Positions 1 to 8,857 of a stretch of DNA of 64,000 nucleotides are shown one piece after another (positions within the stretch are counted from its first letter, which is position 1; every line of letters begins with the position of its first letter). The translations under genes were made by a program, and so were the position numbers. The DNA is taken from positions 4,806 to 68,805 of IMG/VR virus record IMGVR_UViG_3300029266_000670, one strand, 5' to 3'. A model generated the notes under the pieces. It was not told where the DNA came from. It did no database searches and saw nothing but the letters and a program-made list of their open reading frames with translations. This stretch comes from a virus.

Positions 1-1222
1 TTATTATAGTATCGTCGGTTTCTTCTGCTATATGTCTTACTTCTTCTCTAATTTCAACATCGGTTTCTCCGTAGATGAAGAAAATCTTTTTATCTGGATT
101 AGCCTTTTTGATTAGTTCGTGAAGAAGTTTTCCGTGCTTCTCTACAAACTGAAATAGTATTAACGTATTTCCTGATAGTGATGTTCCTAAATTCTTTATA
201 AACTCGTTTCTTTTTTTATTTCCTATAATCCAATTCATTTCGTCTTGATACTTTGCCTTCTTTATCTCGTTCTTTGTGTTGTCATCGTAAGACAATAAGA
301 TTGAATCTATCTTTAACTTGGACAAGAGATCTTTATCGATCAGATCTTTAGTTGAGGTCACATTATACACCGAACCGAACAGACCTTCAATAACTAGTTT
401 ATGAGTTAGAGTTCCGTCGAGTGTTCCCGTCGTTCCTATTCTATAGGGACAGTCTTGTAGTTTAGTCATAATCTTAGTTAAAGACTTTGCTTTGAACAAA
501 TGGCACTCATCTCCGAATACTACATTGAATTTGTCAAAGTATTCCAGAGGTAATTTGTATATACTTTGCCATGTTGATATTACTACTTGTTGATCGCATA
601 TCTTATCTTGACCTCCATATATTTTATGACAATTCTCACGGACATCCCATTCATCTTTTTGAGAATAGTCTTTGAAGTCATTGTACATCTGAGTTACCAG
701 AGATGTTGTGGGGACTATGATCAATATCTTACGATCATCTTCTATTAAGTTTTGGTAGTAGCGAACTAGCGAATAGATGATCAGGGACTTCCCAGATCCC
801 GTAGGAGACAACAGAAGACATCTATTTGTACTTATAGCATGTTGGATAGCATCTAATTGATGTTCGTGGATTTTAATCTTTTTTCCACCTGCGTACACTT
901 TAAGACCTTCATCTACCCAAGTACGCAAGTCTTCAGTTTTAACTTTATTAGGTTTTAATATAACATTACTATCTGTATCTACGCTATACTTTCTATCTTT
1001 TGCAAACTTCAGCACATACGGAAGTAAACCAGCGTAAATCTCTTGACTGAATATGTTGTATAATTTTATACGTCCGTCCCACTTCTTCTTTTGGAAAGCA
1101 GGCATATACTCATGACCTGGAACTTTGAACGTAAAATAGTCCGAGAGTTCTTTGGCTAAACCTCGTTCGCAATCAACCTTCAAATTCACCGAGTTATCTT
1201 TACTAATAAACAAATCGCTCAT
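1..1222 (-). CDS. uvsW: UvsW-type SF2 DNA helicase (runs off the window edge)
   Basis: Manual translation from ATG 1222: MSDLFISKDNSVNLKVDCERGLAKELSDYFTFKVPG...KWDGRIKLY, Walker A SPTGSGKS, GDECH box; adjacent to uvsY. Absent from the ORF track because it is truncated. Confidence 0.95.
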   Translation of the reverse strand, partial: MSDLFISKDNSVNLKVDCERGLAKELSDYFTFKVPGHEYMPAFQKKKWDGRIKLYNIFSQEIYAGLLPYVLKFAKDRKYSVDTDSNVILKPNKVKTEDLRTWVDEGLKVYAGGKKIKIHEHQLDAIQHAISTNRCLLLSPTGSGKSLIIYSLVRYYQNLIEDDRKILIIVPTTSLVTQMYNDFKDYSQKDEWDVRENCHKIYGGQDKICDQQVVISTWQSIYKLPLEYFDKFNVVFGDECHLFKAKSLTKIMTKLQDCPYRIGTTGTLDGTLTHKLVIEGLFGSVYNVTSTKDLIDKDLLSKLKIDSILLSYDDNTKNEIKKAKYQDEMNWIIGNKKRNEFIKNLGTSLSGNTLILFQFVEKHGKLLHELIKKANPDKKIFFIYGETDVEIREEVRHIAEETDDTII

Positions 1223-1227
1223 ACACT

Positions 1228-1234
1228 TATGTAT
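1228..1234 (-). promoter_or_regulatory. Late-promoter-like box ATACATA upstream of uvsW
   Basis: The same 7-mer recurs upstream of several late genes; variant of T4 TATAAATA. Confidence 0.55.
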
Positions 1235-1248
1235 CAGAGATTTGACCC

Positions 1249-1731
1249 TTATGGATTGAAGGACTCTCCTAGCACCATAAGGTTTAATGGCTTCTTCGAC
1301 ACTTTTCCAGACCATTCTATAACCTTCACATTGTTTGAACTTAAAAAATCCAATGAAATTTTATCAGGTTCGTTTATCATATCTGTAAACTCTTTATGAT
1401 AAATCACAGTTTCGATACCACATTCTCGTATCATGATTGTGTCTAGTTTTGATGGGGGTAGTGGGGTGTATAAATCCAAACCATAACATGATATTCCACG
1501 CAATGCTGACTTGAATATAATGCTTTGTATGGACGAGAAAGAATACCATTCATTCTCATAAACATTGGTTGATGCCAGTAGAATACCAGATTCTCTGCTT
1601 ACAAGTATTGATGATACTTGGGTATTGCATCTAGAGTGTGCTGCTGCATGTATATAGGCATGTTTAAGGTATGCAGCGTGTATAAGATCTTTGCTATACA
1701 CCACTGACAAATTTTCTCCAATCGATAGCAC
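1249..1731 (-). CDS. dCMP-deaminase-fold protein with degenerate active site (probable start GTG ~1704)
   Basis: IIFKSALRGISCYGLDLYTPLPP..DTIMIRECGIETVIYH parallels the deaminase core, but HAE and PCxxC are replaced by SSIQ and PPSKLD. Confidence 0.65.
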   Translation of the reverse strand: MLSIGENLSVVYSKDLIHAAYLKHAYIHAAAHSRCNTQVSSILVSRESGILLASTNVYENEWYSFSSIQSIIFKSALRGISCYGLDLYTPLPPSKLDTIMIRECGIETVIYHKEFTDMINEPDKISLDFLSSNNVKVIEWSGKVSKKPLNLMVLGESFNP

Positions 1732-2128
1732 TTCGGATATTCCATTGTCGATTGTTTACAATTTTAACTACGGACTCTAGGTAGTTTACTTTTTCTTTTG
1801 TGAATGATACTTTCATTCTGAGTATTGACAGATCAGTATCTGCTTCTAGATACTTGTCTATATCTACCTTTAGAATGTTAAGTTGAAATGGCTCCCAATT
1901 ATACTTCTTGAGAGTACCCTCGTCGATCTTACCTGTGTAGTATTCCCATTTAATTTTGTATAACTTCTTATACTCTTCTTCTATCTTGACGAAGATAAGC
2001 CTCTCATCATGGTAGAGGTTTAGGTATTTGTTATGCAGTTGTGGGGTTTTTACAGATTCGATATCGAGTTCGGTGTCGTCGATGATCATATCTTCTTCGA
2101 CCATTGATTTTAGTTCGTGTAGATTCAT
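1694..2128 (-). CDS. uvsY: Recombination mediator UvsY
   Basis: IDDTELDIESVKTPQLHNKYL...KWEYYTGK...NIRSAIDWRKF; T4-like synteny. Confidence 0.92.
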   Translation of the reverse strand: MNLHELKSMVEEDMIIDDTELDIESVKTPQLHNKYLNLYHDERLIFVKIEEEYKKLYKIKWEYYTGKIDEGTLKKYNWEPFQLNILKVDIDKYLEADTDLSILRMKVSFTKEKVNYLESVVKIVNNRQWNIRSAIDWRKFVSGV

Positions 2129-2134
2129 ACCAAT

Positions 2135-2163
2135 AGTCTACATCATAAATGAGCCTTTGTCAA
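2135..2163 (-). promoter_or_regulatory. Sigma70-type promoter TTGACA-N17-TAGACT for uvsY
   Basis: Read directly from the sequence; the -10 box ends 6 nt before the ATG. Confidence 0.65.
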
Positions 2164-2702
2164 GCATCAATTCTTTCAATTGAGTATGTTGTAAATCCAA
2201 ATGTAGTTGTTGCAATTATTGGTTCTGGATCAGATACTGCACTATTGAAATCAATTCCAGAAAGTGATTTAGGAAAACAATCTCGGAAGTTGGCGACTAA
2301 CTTCCCTTTCATTGCACTATTGGTTATTACTAAAGTGGCATCAGATAGGTGCTGATCTTGAGTTTCAAATTCAGCAAAATCTTCGGCATTAGAAGTTGAT
2401 CTCATCCAGTTGTAAATTTCTAACCAGTTCTTCATGGTTTCATCTACCACGAAGGATAGTGATAGATCTTCAAATCTAAAAACGCCTGGAAGGTTTATTG
2501 GAGAAAACATAGTATTTTGCTCAACGTTTCCTACCGACACCGATGGTATGTTTGCCGATTGACAAAAATACGTTACAGTAGGTATTCTTTGCATCGTGAA
2601 TTTGAATTCGGTGATTAAGAGAGGATTTGTATTCTCTGGTTGTCTATCAAGACGACTCTCTTTCATCTGATTCAAACCACTGATATTAATATTATTGGCC
2701 AT
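2160..2702 (-). CDS. 3: Tail completion / tube terminator gp3
   Basis: NPLLITEFKFTMQRIPTVTYFCQSANIP...FVVDETMKNWLEIYNWM; position after gene 23. Confidence 0.88.
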   Translation of the reverse strand: MANNINISGLNQMKESRLDRQPENTNPLLITEFKFTMQRIPTVTYFCQSANIPSVSVGNVEQNTMFSPINLPGVFRFEDLSLSFVVDETMKNWLEIYNWMRSTSNAEDFAEFETQDQHLSDATLVITNSAMKGKLVANFRDCFPKSLSGIDFNSAVSDPEPIIATTTFGFTTYSIERIDA

Positions 2703-2719
2703 ATTAGTTCTCCATTAAG

Positions 2720-2727
2720 TATTTATA
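2720..2727 (-). promoter_or_regulatory. T4-type late promoter TATAAATA upstream of gene 3
   Basis: Exact consensus match. Confidence 0.75.
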
Positions 2728-2728
2728 A

Positions 2729-2761
2729 TAAAAAGGGGTGGGGTCATTAAGACCCCACCCC
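2729..2761 (-). terminator. Intrinsic terminator after gene 23
   Basis: GGGGTGGGGTC-TTAAT-GACCCCACCCC followed by a T-run. Confidence 0.9.
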
Positions 2762-2789
2762 AATTTCAACTAGGTTTATAGTACTGTTA

Positions 2790-4292
2790 TCAGGAGTTAC
2801 CGTGTAGGTTGTCTACTCGGAAGATTCTGTAGTACTGGTTCTGACGGTTGTTAGAAGCAGAGGTTGGGTCTGAGACTCCCGTGTTAGTGGTAACGAATGG
2901 ATTGTTTACCAGTCCGTATCGAGTCTTGAAACCGATCTTGGGCTGGAAGTTATCCTCACCGACTGCACGAACCATCTGGAGTGGAACGTATGGGCAGTAG
3001 AAGAGTCCAGCATCATATGCACTGGTTCCCTTATATCCTACACAAACGAAGTTCCTACCAGCGTCGGTAGCAGCGGTATGAGCAACACCAGGTCCAGCGT
3101 AAGGATCAATGTAAACCTTGATCTTACCGTTGAGAACACCTGCGAAGGTGTTACCAGTGTCGTCAATATTCAGGCTCTGGTTCAGAGCAGGCGAGATATT
3201 GAGGAATCCACCCATTGCGAGGGCTGAAGCAACATCGGACGAGACGATGATAAAGTTACCCTTACCACGACGAGTGTCCTTAGCGATCTGGTTGCATTCA
3301 CGCTCAATCTGGAACATGAGTCCACGGAAGCGTTCGGCACTCCAACGTCCATCAGAGTCGGCATTCAGGTCGTATACACCACCGATACCTCGTCCGAAGG
3401 TGTTAGTTGCACCAGTGATGCTAGACTTGATTGCATCAGCAGCAGTACCACCCGAAACACCGACACCGTGGTCACCACCAGCACTGGGGTCATTAGATGT
3501 AGTACCAGGCGCTCTAGAAGCGAGATCAATCTGCTGGGCTCCGAGTTTAGCACTCTTGTAGATAGTACGCATGACTTCGCGGTTGATCTCAGCAAGAATT
3601 TCACTTGAGAGAATGTTAGCGAGTTCGCTTTCGGCATCAAGTCCGTGAACGGCCTTGAGGTCCTGAGCGAGTTCAGTGGTGTACTCTGCCTTGAGGGCTC
3701 TACTCTTTGCTTCAACAGCGGTACGCTCGATGGAGAATGCCATCTGTGGGAAAGCAGCTCCACTTAATGCTTCAGCACCAGATCTACTGTAAGGATCAAG
3801 TCCTTCGAGTGGATCAACTGTGCTACCTTCGGAGTTACTGCCAACTACGTCTCCGATGTTGGAGAATGCAGTGGTTACACCACCAGAAGCGTTGATAGCC
3901 TCGTTGAACAGGGCTTCAGCCTTGCTCTGATCGTCATACTTAGCACGCATAGCAAAGATGAGTCCAGTGGGTCCAGTCATTGGCTGAACACCACATACAT
4001 CGTATGCCATAAGGTTGGGCATTGCACGACGAACAAGAGAGATAAGAATTGGATCATATCCCTGCATGTTTGCGTTACCGTTTGCAGCAGCGAGACCTAG
4101 TCCACCATTTACGGCGTTGTTTGGGGTTTCGTTGAGCATGTTCGACTCACGGAGAGCCTTTTCTTGGTTTTCAAGAAGAACAGAAGTTACTGTTCTCTTA
4201 TAGTTATCATCGATAGCGGGCATGTCGGGATGGTTAATCACGGGTGCCCATTTTTCGTTTAGCATGTCTGCTGAACCTAAGTTAGAGTCCAT
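2790..4292 (-). CDS. 23: Major capsid protein gp23
   Basis: LISLVRRAMPNLMAYDVCGVQPMTGPTGLIFAMR, KSRALKAEYT.ELAQDLKAVHGLDAE, FQPKIGFKTRYG. Confidence 0.99.
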   Translation of the reverse strand: MDSNLGSADMLNEKWAPVINHPDMPAIDDNYKRTVTSVLLENQEKALRESNMLNETPNNAVNGGLGLAAANGNANMQGYDPILISLVRRAMPNLMAYDVCGVQPMTGPTGLIFAMRAKYDDQSKAEALFNEAINASGGVTTAFSNIGDVVGSNSEGSTVDPLEGLDPYSRSGAEALSGAAFPQMAFSIERTAVEAKSRALKAEYTTELAQDLKAVHGLDAESELANILSSEILAEINREVMRTIYKSAKLGAQQIDLASRAPGTTSNDPSAGGDHGVGVSGGTAADAIKSSITGATNTFGRGIGGVYDLNADSDGRWSAERFRGLMFQIERECNQIAKDTRRGKGNFIIVSSDVASALAMGGFLNISPALNQSLNIDDTGNTFAGVLNGKIKVYIDPYAGPGVAHTAATDAGRNFVCVGYKGTSAYDAGLFYCPYVPLQMVRAVGEDNFQPKIGFKTRYGLVNNPFVTTNTGVSDPTSASNNRQNQYYRIFRVDNLHGNS

Positions 4293-4325
4293 TTGAATTC
4301 TCCTAATTGAATTAATTTCTTTTTA

Positions 4326-4333
4326 TATTTATG
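4326..4333 (-). promoter_or_regulatory. Late promoter CATAAATA upstream of gene 23
   Basis: One mismatch to TATAAATA, in the expected position. Confidence 0.6.
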
Positions 4334-4346
4334 CTTATACAAGTTT

Positions 4347-5273
4347 TCAAAACTTGTGTGGCGATTTGAGGGCCTGTGTGTAACGTTCCATCAGAGGACT
4401 GATATCAGCACTATGGTGGACACTTGTGTCTGGGGTTGTATTATCTTCTTCATATAGAGTAGGTGAAGTGTTATCCGTGTATGATTCTTTCAGAACATTT
4501 AATTTTTCTCTGAATTGATCTACACTTTCAAACTCAATACCTTCTGCTAGAGTTCGAAGTCTATCGACTTCGGTTTCTAATAGACCTTCAGTTTCTTCTT
4601 CAAAAACTAAAGAACATTCTGTGATGGTGTTCTCTTTACCGAGTTCGATGTTACTGTTAACGGCTTCGTCTAATTTAGAACGAAGTTCTTCGACTTCAGT
4701 TGATAATCCATCAACAAGATCATACTGCTCTTCTGGAACATCAATGAATGAAGATTCAAATAGGTCCTTAAGACCATGAATAAATCCTTCTGCGACTTCG
4801 GTGCGAATACCAGATTCAACAGCGACTTCGTTATCAGTCATCCATTCTTCAACGACGTATCCAAGATAGTCGTCTAGTCTTTCGGTAATTTCTTGTTGTA
4901 AAGTTTCTACCGATTCTGCCAAAGCAACTTCGTACTCTTCGAGGAGTTCGGCTTCAACTTGATCTGCTCTTTCGTTGATTGCGGCTTCAAAAATTGTTTG
5001 AGCCTTATCTCTGAAATCTTCGGTGAGTTCTTCACCGGAGAAAAGAGCAGTTAAGTGTTCTGCTGTTGCTTTAGCGGTATCAAGTTTAGCACTGGCTTTA
5101 GATGGTTTCATCTTAGGCTCTGGTTGCTTCTTTGTTCCCTTATCAGTGTCGATTTTGGGCTTCTTACCTTCTGTGTCTTGTTCATCATCGAGGTCGAGAA
5201 TAGTCTCAGCCTCTACTAAATTCTCTTCTGAGAGAAGTTGTTTAGCTACTTCTATAGGATCTGTGTAGTCCAT
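4347..5273 (-). CDS. 22: Prohead core scaffold gp22
   Basis: Acidic coiled coil with LDDYLGYVVEEWM..NEVAVESGIRTE; lies between genes 21 and 23. Confidence 0.95.
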   Translation of the reverse strand: MDYTDPIEVAKQLLSEENLVEAETILDLDDEQDTEGKKPKIDTDKGTKKQPEPKMKPSKASAKLDTAKATAEHLTALFSGEELTEDFRDKAQTIFEAAINERADQVEAELLEEYEVALAESVETLQQEITERLDDYLGYVVEEWMTDNEVAVESGIRTEVAEGFIHGLKDLFESSFIDVPEEQYDLVDGLSTEVEELRSKLDEAVNSNIELGKENTITECSLVFEEETEGLLETEVDRLRTLAEGIEFESVDQFREKLNVLKESYTDNTSPTLYEEDNTTPDTSVHHSADISPLMERYTQALKSPHKF

Positions 5274-5306
5274 CGTAGACTCCTTTTATTTGCAAAGTTC
5301 CGATTT

Positions 5307-5314
5307 TATTTATA
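5307..5314 (-). promoter_or_regulatory. T4-type late promoter TATAAATA upstream of gene 22
   Basis: Exact consensus match. Confidence 0.75.
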
Positions 5315-5316
5315 AA

Positions 5317-5970
5317 TTATAGGTTTTTAACAAAGTTCTCGAACACTCGAAGTTTCATTTCTTCGAGTTCTTTTCTGTTAGATTGCGTAATTGCTTTTTT
5401 GTAGTTTTCAATTTGATGTTCGCGGAAAATTCCACCCTCGTAAACCCACTCTTTCCCTTCCATGATGCCGTCAACGAATGCATCAGGAGCGGATGGATCA
5501 GCGACAATATCAACAGCGGAAAGCATGAAGTCCTTCTGAACTTCATTAATCCCGTTCTTATCCTGCTTGAGTGAACCCATTCCACGGGACGAAACACCAA
5601 GTTTGGCACCACCTTCAATTAAATTCTGAACGATCTTCCCGTAGGGAGTTTCCAGAATCTTAGCCTTACCAGTTACATTATTGCCTTCAATCTGAAGATC
5701 AGTAATGATATGAGATGCTCTTTCGAGGTTGAGAGTTGGTCCCTCGGGATGTCCAAGTTCCCCTAATGCTCTCTGCTTCTTAACATAAGTCTCGTTATAA
5801 CGATTGGTTTCGTCCATCAGAGTTTTTCTAGGATATCGTCTACCATTACGATTTGCTTTTTCTGCTTGCATAAAGATACCCTCAATAGAGAAGTTCTTTT
5901 TACCAGAAGACTTATCTTCTTCGCAGATCAAATTTACATCTTCGTTTACTTCCGTAATGAGTAACATCAA
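5317..5970 (-). CDS. 21: Prohead protease gp21
   Basis: [46 protein letters not shown]. Confidence 0.97.
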   Translation of the reverse strand: MMLLITEVNEDVNLICEEDKSSGKKNFSIEGIFMQAEKANRNGRRYPRKTLMDETNRYNETYVKKQRALGELGHPEGPTLNLERASHIITDLQIEGNNVTGKAKILETPYGKIVQNLIEGGAKLGVSSRGMGSLKQDKNGINEVQKDFMLSAVDIVADPSAPDAFVDGIMEGKEWVYEGGIFREHQIENYKKAITQSNRKELEEMKLRVFENFVKNL

Positions 5971-6491
5971 TAACCCCCTCCGCGAGAAGAATTAATTTTA
6001 CCTTTCTTAAGAGGTGCGCCTTCTTTTTTCATCTTGCTAGCGATTGTTTTTCTTCGGTTCTTGAGGTAACCGTCCGAGGAATTTACCTTACCATCGTTGT
6101 TAACATCGTCGTCTTCTCCACCAACTGCATCTAATGCTTCTTTCATTAGATCGCCGTGGTTTTTTACAGCGTATGCTTCTGCTTCTTTCTTATTATCGAA
6201 AGTCTCTATCTTCTTACCATCACTGTCATAGACACAGAACTTGTTAGGGCCCTCTTTCTTGACATGTGACTTGGGATCCATCGTGTGATCATCATCACCG
6301 TATGCTTCCTCGAAGTCTTCAATGTCTTCATCAGGATCGCAACTTTCACAAACATTATGGGACGAATCAATTACTGATTGCTTCTTTGCTTCAATTGCCT
6401 CATGAAGACGAATATTTAATTCTTCTTTAAATAGTTCGGCAAAATTGGTAAAGTTACCATCTAATGCCTCTTCAACTATCTGTTTGTTCAT
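5967..6491 (-). CDS. Prohead core/internal protein (gp68 position) with EF-hand-like [12 protein letters not shown] motif
   Basis: Lies between genes 20 and 21; acidic; dockerin/EF-like loop. Confidence 0.55.
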   Translation of the reverse strand: MNKQIVEEALDGNFTNFAELFKEELNIRLHEAIEAKKQSVIDSSHNVCESCDPDEDIEDFEEAYGDDDHTMDPKSHVKKEGPNKFCVYDSDGKKIETFDNKKEAEAYAVKNHGDLMKEALDAVGGEDDDVNNDGKVNSSDGYLKNRRKTIASKMKKEGAPLKKGKINSSRGGGY

Positions 6492-6669
6492 TTTGTTCTC
6501 CTTCGTTATTTGATTGGTTTAATATAGAAGAAGACACTGAGACTTCTTTGTCTCTTAATCTTTCAGCCACCTTGTTGGAAATTGCTTTAGAAAAAGCATC
6601 CTCAAAATCAACCACACTAGACTTTACTACTGCTTTAAACATATCAGAATAATCTTCATTTGACATCAA
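6472..6669 (-). CDS. Small prohead core protein (gp67-like)
   Basis: 65 aa directly after the portal gene; [13 protein letters not shown] helix. Confidence 0.55.
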   Translation of the reverse strand: MMSNEDYSDMFKAVVKSSVVDFEDAFSKAISNKVAERLRDKEVSVSSSILNQSNNEGEQNEQTDS

Positions 6670-8185
6670 AGTCTCCTTCTTCTTCGGGTGGGTTTTCTTC
6701 TCTTTCTGTATCTATCTGTTTGTTCATTTCGTCGATATCTTCATCTGTCATACGAAGAACTTTCTTATAGACATATTCTCTAGAGAAGTATTGACCTATG
6801 TATTCTCCTACTTCTCTCATCATTTCAAACTGTTCACGCATTATTTCAGTTTCTTTAAGTTCGTTGAAGTAATTATCTTTGTTAAAATCGAACATAATAT
6901 CCTGATATACATCATCGAATTCTTCTTTACTCATAACACCCTTAACTACCAATTGGGTTTTGAGTATATTCAAGAACAACTCAGAAAATTTGTTCCTAAT
7001 TCTTTCGATAAACTTGAAAAATTTAACTTCATCTCTTGAGATCTCCGCCGCTCTACCCATGTTGAAACCAGTATCGGGTTCTAGTCTAGAGACGGGAACG
7101 TTCAATGCACGATATAATCTCTTTTTAAAGTATTCTACATCTTCCATCTCGCCTAGATTCTGTCCACCATCGAGAGTAGTGATTTCGGTTCCCCTACCAC
7201 CTTCTCTTCGTGGCATCCAGTAATCTTCGAGCATGGACATATGCTTTCTATCATCTCTCATTTCACCTGTAGACGCATCGTATACAAGTTTATTTCGATA
7301 TCTGTTCATGATATCGCGGAGATATTGTTCTGCTTTGTTTTTGGGTAAGTTACCTACGTCAACGTAGAATACTCTTCTTTCGGGCGCTCTGGAGATTCTG
7401 TATATGATTACAGCATCTTCGATCATCCTGAGTTGATTAAGTGGCTTAACTGCTTTATGAAGATATCCGAATACCCGTCTTTTCGTGGTATCGTATAACC
7501 CCGAGTTTATGTAACAGATAGAATCGGGAGCAATCTTTAATCCCGTATCGAACGATTCTGCACCAGCAGTATTAATTGCACTCGTATGAGCCTTTTCGTT
7601 GTACACATAAAATTCATCATAGTCACTGTATAAATTGTAGGGTTGTGTCAAAGAGTCCCGCATGGGCTTCTTTTTTACTTCTCTGACTTTTCTAATTTTA
7701 GTTGGATCGATTGGTCGTAATTCTACGATACCCTTCTTGGGGCTCGTAGGATCTAAAATCATATGGTAATATAGTCTAGATTCTATATACCATTTTCTTA
7801 GGATCTCATGTCCTTTAGCCTTAAACTTTAATAGTTTTAGTACGTTATCAAACTCTTCTATAACCCTTTTCTTGATTGATGGTGTTAGAGAAGTATTGTC
7901 TAGGTTCAAAGAAACGGCTTGCTTAGTGTCATCGTAGACTAGAGAGTCGTTACAGATATCATCGATGGCCATTTCCACTTCGGGATGTAGTGCCATATCT
8001 CTGTACTTAAATATTAAGTCAATGTCATTTTTAACGTATAAATCAAAATCAAGATAAGTGCCATAAAAGCCCCCACCTTGAACTACAGACGCACCATCAT
8101 CTTGCTCTGGGGGAGCAAATGATTCTATTTTAGTTTCGATGGGATCTTTTTTCCCCAGACTATAACCAAAAATATTCAAAGGCAT
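6656..8185 (-). CDS. 20: Portal protein gp20
   Basis: YLHKAVKPLNQLRMIEDAVIIYRISRAPERRVFYVDVGNLPK, MLEDYWMPRREGGRGTEITTL. Confidence 0.99.
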   Translation of the reverse strand: MPLNIFGYSLGKKDPIETKIESFAPPEQDDGASVVQGGGFYGTYLDFDLYVKNDIDLIFKYRDMALHPEVEMAIDDICNDSLVYDDTKQAVSLNLDNTSLTPSIKKRVIEEFDNVLKLLKFKAKGHEILRKWYIESRLYYHMILDPTSPKKGIVELRPIDPTKIRKVREVKKKPMRDSLTQPYNLYSDYDEFYVYNEKAHTSAINTAGAESFDTGLKIAPDSICYINSGLYDTTKRRVFGYLHKAVKPLNQLRMIEDAVIIYRISRAPERRVFYVDVGNLPKNKAEQYLRDIMNRYRNKLVYDASTGEMRDDRKHMSMLEDYWMPRREGGRGTEITTLDGGQNLGEMEDVEYFKKRLYRALNVPVSRLEPDTGFNMGRAAEISRDEVKFFKFIERIRNKFSELFLNILKTQLVVKGVMSKEEFDDVYQDIMFDFNKDNYFNELKETEIMREQFEMMREVGEYIGQYFSREYVYKKVLRMTDEDIDEMNKQIDTEREENPPEEEGDFDVK

Positions 8186-8199
8186 AAATCACTTCCTAA

Positions 8200-8808
8200 T
8201 CATAATGAGTTTTCTGGATCCGTATTCTGAGTAGATTTTGTTACGGGAGTTTTATCCGATGCACTACCCTGTCCAGAACTTGTTAACCAATATTGATACT
8301 GCATTGTTACAGTAAATTCGCCAAGAGTATCTGCACTATCATTTGATAGTTCGACAGCACTGATGTCTGTTGGGAATGCTCCTACTATTGAGTAGGTTTT
8401 AATGGCGTTCCCTTGTCTATTTAGGGAAGAAATCTTCCACTCACAGAAAACATCAGTATTAAAGGCTGATCCCGAACTGGTGTAGAATCCACCAGATACG
8501 TCAGGAACATTATCCTCGTTACCGTTAATTAATTGCTGCCATGCTTCAAACTTATTCCTAAGTTCATAATCGCCATCCATAACAACGCTTACATTCCAAG
8601 TGTCGAACGTTCTATCCCCGGGGATTTTAATGTTTCTACCCCGATATGGGATACTGATAACACCTAGGGTTGATGGCGGAAGACTTGCTGCTTTGATTAG
8701 AAATCTTGTCTTGTTGCTAGTATTGGCACCAATCTTACCCTCAACAATGAAGAGGTTAGTTCTTACACCACCCTGTGTTAAGGCTGATTGGAAATTTTTA
8801 ATGTTCAT
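8200..8808 (-). CDS. 19: Tail tube protein gp19
   Basis: GGVRTNLF, KAASLP.STLG.I.IPYRGR.IKIPGDRTFD.W, GAFPTDISAVEL. Confidence 0.96.
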   Translation of the reverse strand: MNIKNFQSALTQGGVRTNLFIVEGKIGANTSNKTRFLIKAASLPPSTLGVISIPYRGRNIKIPGDRTFDTWNVSVVMDGDYELRNKFEAWQQLINGNEDNVPDVSGGFYTSSGSAFNTDVFCEWKISSLNRQGNAIKTYSIVGAFPTDISAVELSNDSADTLGEFTVTMQYQYWLTSSGQGSASDKTPVTKSTQNTDPENSL

Positions 8809-8830
8809 CTAAAATTCTCCTGTTAGAATT

Positions 8831-8850
8831 GAAACCCCCCGAAGGGGGTT
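8831..8850 (-). terminator. UUCG hairpin between genes 18 and 19
   Basis: AACCCCC-TTCG-GGGGGTT; the T tail is short, so a weak terminator or stabilising stem. Confidence 0.65.
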
Positions 8851-8857
8851 ATCTTGA

